Source of the DNA: Naegleria gruberi
Lineage: Eukaryota
DNA: 64,000 nucleotides
Strand: one strand, 5' to 3'
NCBI GenBank assembly: GCA_000004985.1
Contig: GG738878.1
Shown: positions 53,129-61,912 of the stretch, piece after piece
Layout of the letters: each line of letters begins with the position of its first letter
Position numbering within the stretch: the first letter of the stretch is position 1
Made by a program: the position numbers and the translations under genes
Notes under the pieces: generated by a model
What the model saw: only the letters and a program-made list of their open reading frames with translations
The model's database searches: none
What the model was told of the DNA's origin: nothing

Positions 53129-55588
53129 TTATGCTGTATGGCATGTAAGGGTATAATTCTTGAATCCGGTTGCAATTGTACAATAGCTGCCTCTATTGGC
53201 AGTATCCAAATTCCAAAGCTTGACAGTTCTATCATAAGAACCGCTGCATAACCAAGTGTTTTGGTAGGATACAAGACATTTAACAGCATCAGTGTGTCCG
53301 ATAAGTTGTGACTCTCTATTCCAAGTCTTTGGATCATAAATTGAAATTGTTTGATCCTTACTACCACTACACAATAATCCAGCATGATAGCACAAGGAAA
53401 GAACGCCATTTGAGTGAGCCTTAATTTGCTTGATAAATTTAGTACCTGATCTAATATCCCAAATTCTGATATGTCCATCATAAGTACCAGCAACCAAACA
53501 ATTATAAACAGGATCATAAACCAAAGATAAAACAAAACTACTATTGTCCAATGTCATGATATTTTCAAAGTTTGGACCTGACCAAACTTTTACCTTTCTA
53601 TCTCCAGAACCACTGAAAAGAGTATTGTCACTTGCACATAAAACGTTAATCCAATCAGAGTGGGCATGAACACACTTTACACATTCTGCCTTTTCTACAT
53701 CCCATGCACGAATACGATGAGAATTTCCGTCCTTTGAACCACTGACTAAATTACCATAATAACTACATAATGCTCCGACTTTTCCTTCACATCCTGCCAA
53801 AACATGTTCACATTCGCCAGTATCAAAATTCCAAATACGAATAGAGTTATCTCCAGAACCACTGCAAATTCTTCCTTGATGGCTGTGTAATGCAGAGACA
53901 AATCTAGAGTGTCCCTTCAATGAAAGATAATAATCGGTCAATGCATGCTTATCATATCCTCTCTTGGCATGTTGTTGTTGATTGTCTTGGGCTTGAGTGA
54001 ATTCATCCTTTGATAAATCATAAACCTTGATAGAACCAACACCACCACCACTCAACAAGTATACAATTTCTCCTCCGGTCTTGTTATGATTAATTACAGG
54101 AACTGAAGTAGTGCTATTAGAACTAGCACCTCCTCCAGTACTTGTTGGAGTAGTACTAAGAACTGGGGATGAAGGTTTAATAAGAGAGGAAGGAAGTGTA
54201 CCATTACTTGCGTCACTTAGGGTTGGAGTACCACTAGATGCAGAACTGTTACTTGCAACACTGCTAGTTGTACTCTTTGGAGTAATGGCAATTGAACTAT
54301 TATAATATAAATTGTTTGGAGAAGGTGTTGTTGGAGTTGGGAAAATACGACCACTTCCAATATTTGGTGTAATAAATGGAGAGTTAACCAAAACATTATT
54401 AGTGCTATACTTTCTTGAACCAGAATTTCCACTTGTTGGAGTCATCATTATTGGTGAATCCATACCAATAGGATTAATCATTTGAATTCTATTTGGTGAC
54501 ATTTGATAATCATTAATATTTTGTGGGAAAAGTGGATCATTAATGGATGATAAACCATTTGAATTATTTACACCTCTATTTGGTGTTGCCAAAACACTCA
54601 ATCTGTTATTTTGCATGAGATTTGTATTTGGTAAATCATTACCACTTGAACCAAAGCTATTACTTCTATTGTATCTACCTGGAGTTGTTGTAACATTATT
54701 AGGAGTAGGAGATTTTCTTGGAGAAATTAATAATTGTTGGGCAGGATTGGTCATGTATGAATAAATACTATTCTCATAAGGAGATGATTTTTCAGGACCT
54801 GGGAATGTACTACCAATTGGATCATTATTATATCCAGTCCAAGATGAAGTAGTGCAACTAGATGCAGGTGATAGAGGTCTTTCAAGACCTACATTTGTAC
54901 TACCATTCATCATCATTTCAGTTGGACTTGGGCTATTACCAACAGTTGAAGTACTATTAACTTTAGTGTTATGCATCTCTTTTTGTCTGTATTCTTCTAA
55001 TTGATTTTGAAGTCTGGCAATTTCGCATTTGGCAGAATACAAGTCAGAGGATAACCTGGCAATTTTACTTTCCAAGAACATTTTTTCATTCATCCAAGTA
55101 TTATTTGCAATATGCATTGGAGGAGAACTTAATAACATTGGAGATGTAGAGTTTTGTTGTGGAGAAGTCATACCCATTGGATGATGTTGTTGATGATGTA
55201 CAGGTGTGCCTAAGATTTGTTGATTTGATTTACCAGAACTGTTACCCATTGACTTTCTACTTTTATGGATTGGTGATCTAATCATAAACTCTTCACTATC
55301 TAAATGTTGTGGTGGTGATGATTGATCATTTTCATTTTGATCAATCTCTCTGAGTAAATCCATACCGATAGCATTATTACCATTTGATGCTAGAACAGCT
55401 TGATCCATTTCTAACATGGAATTTCTGTCATAATGTTGTTCATGAGAGATTGTTTTACTATCCTCAAGTCTTGACAAGAGTGGTGAAGAGAGATGGTGTT
55501 GATGGTGTGGACTTTGGGAGAGACTATTAACTCCCCAAATATTTGTATTATTTACCTTTGATGGAGAGGAGTTTACAATGTTCATCAT
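53129..55588 (-). CDS. WD40-repeat protein with long low-complexity N-terminal half and short coiled coil
   Basis: 819 aa. The N-terminus is ~500 aa of S/T/N/P low complexity. A coiled-coil stretch reads LESKIARLSSDLYSAKCEIARLQNQLEEYRQKE. The C-terminus has 7 WD repeats (..CSGSGDNSIRIWNF.., ..VSGSKDGNSHRIRAWDV.., ..FSGSGDRKVKVWS.., ..VAGTYDGHIRIWDI.., ..CSGSKDQTISIYD.., ..CSGSYDRTVKLWNL..). Confidence 0.7.
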   Translation of the reverse strand: MMNIVNSSPSKVNNTNIWGVNSLSQSPHHQHHLSSPLLSRLEDSKTISHEQHYDRNSMLEMDQAVLASNGNNAIGMDLLREIDQNENDQSSPPQHLDSEEFMIRSPIHKSRKSMGNSSGKSNQQILGTPVHHQQHHPMGMTSPQQNSTSPMLLSSPPMHIANNTWMNEKMFLESKIARLSSDLYSAKCEIARLQNQLEEYRQKEMHNTKVNSTSTVGNSPSPTEMMMNGSTNVGLERPLSPASSCTTSSWTGYNNDPIGSTFPGPEKSSPYENSIYSYMTNPAQQLLISPRKSPTPNNVTTTPGRYNRSNSFGSSGNDLPNTNLMQNNRLSVLATPNRGVNNSNGLSSINDPLFPQNINDYQMSPNRIQMINPIGMDSPIMMTPTSGNSGSRKYSTNNVLVNSPFITPNIGSGRIFPTPTTPSPNNLYYNSSIAITPKSTTSSVASNSSASSGTPTLSDASNGTLPSSLIKPSSPVLSTTPTSTGGGASSNSTTSVPVINHNKTGGEIVYLLSGGGVGSIKVYDLSKDEFTQAQDNQQQHAKRGYDKHALTDYYLSLKGHSRFVSALHSHQGRICSGSGDNSIRIWNFDTGECEHVLAGCEGKVGALCSYYGNLVSGSKDGNSHRIRAWDVEKAECVKCVHAHSDWINVLCASDNTLFSGSGDRKVKVWSGPNFENIMTLDNSSFVLSLVYDPVYNCLVAGTYDGHIRIWDIRSGTKFIKQIKAHSNGVLSLCYHAGLLCSGSKDQTISIYDPKTWNRESQLIGHTDAVKCLVSYQNTWLCSGSYDRTVKLWNLDTANRGSYCTIATGFKNYTLTCHTA

Positions 55589-56469
55589 TGATAATACTTA
55601 GTAGTAATATATTCTTTCTTAGTAGATTTTAATAAGTTAAAACAATATTGATATGTATTTACTATCTAAATACTAGTTTGTTGTATATATCTATAAATAA
55701 TATTTTACTATTATTAAATATTTTTAAATACTTTTCAACAAGCTATTAAATTTCCTAAATAAAGAAATAATTTTTTTTTTCTAGTACTAACAAAATACTG
55801 TATTGTAGGATCTTCTCCTTCTTAAAGTATTGTTAGAGTTGGCTAGCAATAGTTACTAACTATTAGTTATTGATGATATCCAAATGTCATATTAGGTATA
55901 TAGTAGCATTATAGAAAATATGATAATGTTTGAGTGTGCACGATATAATTGGAAAGGAGTTTACCACAATAGGTAAGTGGTAAAGAGACAACATTTCCAT
56001 AGTACAATAATAGTGTATTATTATTTATAATATATAATTAATCAATTAATTTAAATAATAGTTATAGTTGTGATAATACAATAGTGGTAATAATAGTTGT
56101 GCACATTGTCCAGTATCGTGTTTGAATGGTCATAGAGTATGCATGTTACTATTGTTAATGTACGGAATATAATCAATTACTTACACTTGGGTTGAAAAAA
56201 TCTTCAACAAGCTGGAATATTAAAGAGGTGGATAATAGAGATTTGGTAATTTCATTGTCATAGTATTGTTGTTGAATGGATGGATCAGATATGGTTTGTG
56301 TTCCATTGAAGAATATTTGTTAGGTTGCCATCCGGAATTTGATCCAAGTGAGTGAGAGTATCAAATGATACAAGTAATGATGATTGGTAGTGAATCAAAG
56401 ACACCAAGATGGCCATACAGGGTCCAAGGTTCAAATAATAGAAGTCATGAGTAAACAGGGAATTAGAAA

Positions 56470-56755
56470 TAATTTAGACAAACACACATTATTAAAAACA
56501 CATACCAATATAAAGAGATCTATTAAAATCACAATATACAATTAACAACTCAAAGACTTCCTATCAGAAGAGGAGCTATTGTTCTCTCTCCAATGAAACC
56601 AAAAATGAAATACAGGAATATAAATTGGATTGAAAATAGACTATTGATGATTCCGTATGACAATGTATCTGAATATATATTCAATGAGTACAACTACTAC
56701 TATTATCTATCGTCAGCACATCATTAAAACACACATTATTTAAAAACATACCTGC
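56470..56755. repeat. direct repeat of a ~27-nt motif (AAACACACATTATT(T)AAAAACA(C)ATACC) at ~56481..56507 and ~56726..56752 inside a 2.1-kb gene-free AT-rich interval
   Basis: Seen by eye. The two copies lie ~245 bp apart, and no ORF lies between them. Confidence 0.4.
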
Positions 56756-57687
56756 TTTGACGGTAGTCGTCGTATTGAATTGTCTTCTGCTACTATCAAA
56801 GGCCGGCTAGGAAATTGAAAGTACCTTGGACAGAGAATCGAGATTGTTTTTTTTTAGATGGGTTGTGTTGCAATCATCACTTATTCGCTCTCCCTTTGAG
56901 AATATTACACCTTGCAGTGGTCAGCAGCTGCTATTGTTCTTCAGCATTGAAGAGGGAGGTCAAACACAATGCAACAATGCTTGAAAATATTCCTTCTTCC
57001 TTCTTTCTGAGAAATCTTCCACCACAGGCCTTTACAGAGAAGTGAAGGAAGAAAAGCTGCAGTTCGATTTTTGCTTTTAAAAGAAAATCAACGAGTCCAA
57101 CCTCATCATGATAATGTGGTGTGAAGTTAGAGTGTATTATAAAGGTGGATTATCATATTTAATGGATGATGCAAATGTAACATGTTGTGATTCATTCACA
57201 TATTGGAAGAATCCTCGAAAGATCCGAAAATTCAAATATTAAACGTTGAAGATTTTCAATAATGCAACATCTCCTTTGCACTAACGAGTAATACAATTAA
57301 TTATTAACAATACTCAGTGGTGTAATATGTTGGTTCAATGAACCGTTTACATATCTCGACATGTTTCATGAATGTTGTAATGAAATGAAGCTTTGAGGGA
57401 CAAACAAAAACGGGTTGAGTCCAATTTGGAAAGCAGGGGGAAGAAAATTACAATGATCAAATATGATTGGTTCTATGAAATTTGAAAAGGTATTGTAATG
57501 TGTTCCAAGAAAATAAGTTCCTTGAAGTTGGTTGTTGTAGAGAAGATCGCTAATTGACTCCCAAACAGGTTACGTTTTTGGCAATCAAGAATACGGTAAA
57601 TTCTCTCTACTCTTAATGGATTCTGATAATAATTTAAAAACAAATTGCACAGAAGATTCTTAACGAAAGATAAATTTACAAAGTGAT

Positions 57688-59236
57688 TTATTTTGTGGAA
57701 ATTTCCTTAGAAACAACCAAACTGCCCATTTCATTCACCAAGGTACGATAGAAAGCATTATAGTCAAGGATGTTACCTTTACCTCTTCTTACTTCAACAA
57801 CTGAGAAACCACCACTTGTTTCTTCAATCTTAATACTAAATGTTATAGCAGCTTGATTTACAGTGGCCATACACTTAATTTCATCGTCACCCTTTGTGGT
57901 TGGTTTGGCCTTCATTTTATCGAGTTTTGAAACGATGGCTGTTTGACATTCTTGTTTCTTTCCTTTAGCCATAAATCTTGTTTGTCTCTTAATTTTAACA
58001 GATGCATCCGAAGACATGAGTGGATTCATAGAACCCATCATTAACATGGAAGCCAAATCGAAAGCATTCAGAGTATTGACCTTAGTTTGAGAATTTTGAG
58101 CTGGTTGTGTTGATGATTGAACTTCAGTAACATCTCCAGTACTTTTAACAGAAGCATCAATTTCCTTTTCAGTCAAACTGATCTTTGATGTAACTCTATC
58201 AAGTTTGAATCCAACCTTGAACCATTTATGTTCCATAATTTGTTCAACAGTAATTCTTTTTTCTGGATCTACAACAAGCATTCTACTAATAAGTTCAGTT
58301 TGGGCACTTGTAAAGTGAGGTGGATAAGAGAATTTTCCTGATTCAATCTTGGCAAACAATCCTTTCATTGTATCATCTTCAAATGGTAAATAACCAGCCA
58401 ACATGACATACAAAATAACACCACATGACCAAACGTCGGCCTTCTTTCCGTCATAACCCTTTTCCTTCAAAACTTCAGGAGCTATTAAGGTGGTTCAAAT
58501 ATATTACATTTTCGAAATTATTACTACTAGCAAAATTTAAAAAACATACCAACATAATTTGGTGTACCACAAGTTGTCATCAACATCTTTTGTTGTCCTG
58601 ATCCATCATTACCGGAGAGTGCAGATAAACCAAAGTCACTAATCTTTAAAACATCTTCACCATCCAACAATAAATTTTCTGGTTTCAAATCTCTGTGAGC
58701 AATTCCTTGAGAATGGCAATATTCAATACCTGAAATCAATTGTTGGAAGTATTTTCTTGCTGTTGTTTCATCGAATCTCTTGGCCTCAACTATTGATCAT
58801 ATTATGTTGTTTTATATAGTTTAATAATATTATCGTCATCATCATTAAATATTATTATTAATATGATTGGATATCCGTGTTGTGTGATCAAAAAGCAATA
58901 CAAATAATTATTAATATTGTATTGAATACAAAAAAGATACGTACCAATTCTGTCGAACAATTCACCACCAGTAATCAATTCCAATACAATATAAATATGT
59001 TTAGAGCTTTGAAGAACTTCTCTCAATTGTACAACGTGTTTGTGTTTTAAAATTTTCATGATGGCAATTTCTCTCTTGAGCTGGGCTTCCATGTTTTCTT
59101 GTTTGACCATCTTTCTATCGATAATCTTGATAGCCCAGTGAGAGTTATCAGTTGTATCTACAGCTAATTTAACCTTTGAAAAAGTACCTCTACCGAGGGT
59201 TTTTCCCAATTGATACTTTTCGATTTTCTTAGGCAT
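57688..59236 (-). CDS. CIPK/SnRK3-like Ser/Thr protein kinase with C-terminal NAF/FISL-like motif; 3 exons 58945..59236, 58550..58789, 57688..58481
   Basis: Exon 1 is [36 protein letters not shown], with donor GTACGT (phase 1). Exon 2 is [63 protein letters not shown], with donor GTATGT (phase 1). Exon 3 is [34 protein letters not shown]...HKWF.., then ..[23 protein letters not shown], an NAF-like A-F-D-L-I-S motif, and a C-terminal PPI-like region. Confidence 0.8.
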
Positions 59237-59664
59237 ATTTAATATCTACGGCTGATGAATTTTTTTGAGAGTAAAAATCAATACTGTGTAGCAGCTGATG
59301 ATTTTGAGTATTTTTTTTACTGTTGATTGGAGAGTTTTATTGTTGTTATTGTGTCTCTGTAAGTGAGTGAATTGTTGTTACCTTTCATTATCTAATACTC
59401 TCTGAAGCAATCAACAATGCAATGCAGGAAGAAGAGATATAATATCTTCTTGTGTTGGTTTCCAATGGAAAAGAGATTCGACTCAGTATTACAAGGACTT
59501 TGTAACAAATGTTTTAATATTCGTGCAGTCTAATTGGTTCATTCTATTTGACACCTGTTGCGAAACTTGACAAGTTGGAAGGGAAAAGTGTCCAAATCAA
59601 TTCTTTCACTGCACACAACCAAATTTGAGGGTGGTAAAAATTAATGTCATTGAATCGTAAAGGA

Positions 59665-60508
59665 TTAAAGGTACCTCAATACAGAGTGATTTTTCTGATA
59701 GGCTTGCAATATTTCATCAACTGTTAGGAGATTATCATTATTGGAATCAGCCATTTCCATCAGCTTGGTTGCATTTTCCTCAATTATTTGTTTGATATTA
59801 GGATCATTTACATCGTTTCCTCTCGCTTTAAATGCATGAGCTCTTTTGTAAATCCAATTATATTTGAATAAATAGCTTCCAAATTTAAACACTTACGTGC
59901 ATTCCATTATATTTTCCTTAGTCACCTTACCAATATTGTCTTTGTCATAAATTTGGAAGAAGAACCGTATTAATTGCTCAGGATCACTTTCTTTGGCAGT
60001 AGGTCTCTACTATTTGATCTAGTTCTTATTACTACTTATAATAACTTACAGTAATAGACATGAAAATCTATTATTTGTTATTAGTTTCCAAAATGTTTGA
60101 ATCACTTACAAGGTATTCCTCAAAATTGACAAATCCATCCTTGTTCGTATCCATGGCTCTAAACAAATCATCAACAATAATTTCTGGAGATGATATTCCA
60201 GGTTCTGATTTGAGAAATTCACAAAAATTATTCTTTTGAGCTTTCCCTGTTGGATACCACTTGTACCACTCTGCAAATGTCACAAATCCAAATCATAATT
60301 AATTATTGATTTCACAATATTCACATCAATTAATTAAAAATAGCATTTCCTATCACTAATACCTACGTGTGTACAATCTCTGAATTTCATTTATTGAAAA
60401 TGCGTTATTAACTTGTTTTTGATATTTTAACATTTCAATTTCGTCGTCAGCATCCGAAGAAGCTTGACTGTTACTTGAAATGTGATTGCTTTGAAGTATT
60501 TGACCCAT
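59665..60508 (-). CDS. N-myristoylatable EF-hand Ca2+ sensor of the calcineurin-B-like / neuronal-calcium-sensor type; 5 exons 60367..60508, 60110..60270, 60050..60067 (18-nt micro-exon), 59897..60004, 59665..59842
   Basis: Exon 1 is MGQILQSNHISS..EIQRLYT, with donor GTAGGT (phase 1). Exon 2 is QWYKWYPTGKAQKNNFCEFLKSEPGISSPEIIVDDLFRAMDTNKDGFVNFEEYL, followed by GTAAGT. The micro-exon IFMSIT (ATTTTCATGTCTATTACT) is flanked by ATAG and GTAAGT. Exon 4 is RPTAKESDPEQLIRFFFQIYDKDNIGKVTKENIMEC, followed by GTAAGT. Exon 5 is TAHAFKARGNDVNDPNIKQIIEENATKLMEMADSNNDNLLTVDEILQAYQKN... It is collinear with NCS-1/recoverin (EVQQWYKGF..CPSG.., EFIQALSVTSRG, KLRWAFKLYDLDNDG.., DKNADGKLTLQEF). Confidence 0.75.
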
Positions 60509-60611
60509 TTTTTAATTGTAAAATAATAGAAGAGTTCCAACATAGCTCAATTCACAAATTGTCGAATATTTCGAATGAACAATAGATTTATCATAAAAGT
60601 GATAATTTTAA

Positions 60612-61121
60612 TTACTTTTGTTTTGATTGGTCAAACATTCGACGTGCTGACATATAGGAATCGTACATTGACTTGACTTGTGATTCTGAAGACCCATTTT
60701 GCTGTGAAACCCTTAAATCAATATCGGAAACAGTTTCGTGTGACTCGAAAAATTCTGTCAATACCCTTAAATTATCAACAACAAAATTGTAATCCCTGTA
60801 CACCACCTTTTTTTGATCTCGCTCAATAACATGAGCAAAATTTTCCACATCAAATACAGGAAGGTAATCACCAATGTGGCCACAATCAAAACCAAATCTA
60901 CCATCCTTTCCATAGGTCAAACCACCATGCACATGGCATTGAATGTTTTCGTAACATTTATTGAACATTGGGTGATGTTTTGGCAATTGAACATATCCTG
61001 TCCAACAAAGAAATGCATTTCTTTTCAAATAACAATCGTAACCACCTAACACAACGTGAAGTTCTCCATCCTTGCATGGATGTTCTTCGTTATCCCTTTC
61101 GAACAGCTCCTTATTATCCAT
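60612..61121 (-). CDS. hypothetical protein (169 aa) with His/Cys/Gly-rich core
   Basis: Single ORF (..HVVLGGYDCYLKRNAFLCWTGYVQLPKHHPMFNKCYENIQCHVHGGLTYGKDGRFGFDCGHIGDY..). No family was recognised. Confidence 0.4.
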   Translation of the reverse strand: MDNKELFERDNEEHPCKDGELHVVLGGYDCYLKRNAFLCWTGYVQLPKHHPMFNKCYENIQCHVHGGLTYGKDGRFGFDCGHIGDYLPVFDVENFAHVIERDQKKVVYRDYNFVVDNLRVLTEFFESHETVSDIDLRVSQQNGSSESQVKSMYDSYMSARRMFDQSKQK

Positions 61122-61912
61122 TTTTTTTTGTTATATGATAACGACTGCATAATTCGTGTCTATTTTAAATGTGCATTCCATGTACCAAACATTCGTTTTG
61201 ATTGATATTCAAAGTGTAAATGCAAAGAGGAATTTGCATTCGTTTCCTTGACAAGAATAGAACAATTTAACGAGAATGATCCTGTTTACAATGTTAAACT
61301 TCTTCAGTGGAAAAGCTTAATCATTTTGGATGACCAAACCATTAAATGATATTTTTTAAACCAGTGTATGTTTTTGAATTACTGTAAATGAGAACCTTCA
61401 AATAAATCTAATACGTCATAGGACAGTAGATGGATCTCTCAATCCAGAGCAATTTGCCAAATTAATATAAAATACCAACTAGGAAAAAAAAGTCACCAAT
61501 ATAAATTATCTAATGGACCAAACCAACAATTCAATATTAATACTTTTTACATAAAACTTTATTTTTGTAACCCAGAGGCAGTATTAAATCTGAAACATTT
61601 ATCCACTCAACTTCATCATTGCTGCAGAACTTCATCCAGGCGCAAGAATGTCGAAGGAAGCGTATTATTAATTTTCCAACACAAAAAAATATTGCACCCT
61701 CTACGCCCGCACGCAAGTGAAAGAAGAATCATTTAAAATTGGTTCATTCCAAACATCGAACCGTTTTATTTTTAAGTCATCACAAAAGAAATTTCATCTA
61801 TTGTTTGAATAGGTGCCCAACCTGAACAGCATTCTCTCATTTGTTTACCTTTACTCCGTATTAATCGTCATCAATATAACTTAGCCGCATCATCACACAA
61901 CTTTATTTTGAA

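Noticed and set aside
53065-53535. 156-aa minus ORF overlapping the 3' end of the WD40 gene
   Set aside because: It is in a different frame of the same strand as a well-supported WD40 repeat region and is hydrophobic with no domain, so most likely a chance ORF.
61730-61760. Possible tRNA-like T-arm (GGTTCGATG...GAACC) on the minus strand
   Set aside because: The loop is 12 nt instead of 7, and no acceptor stem or anticodon arm can be folded around it. I found no convincing tRNA anywhere in the window.
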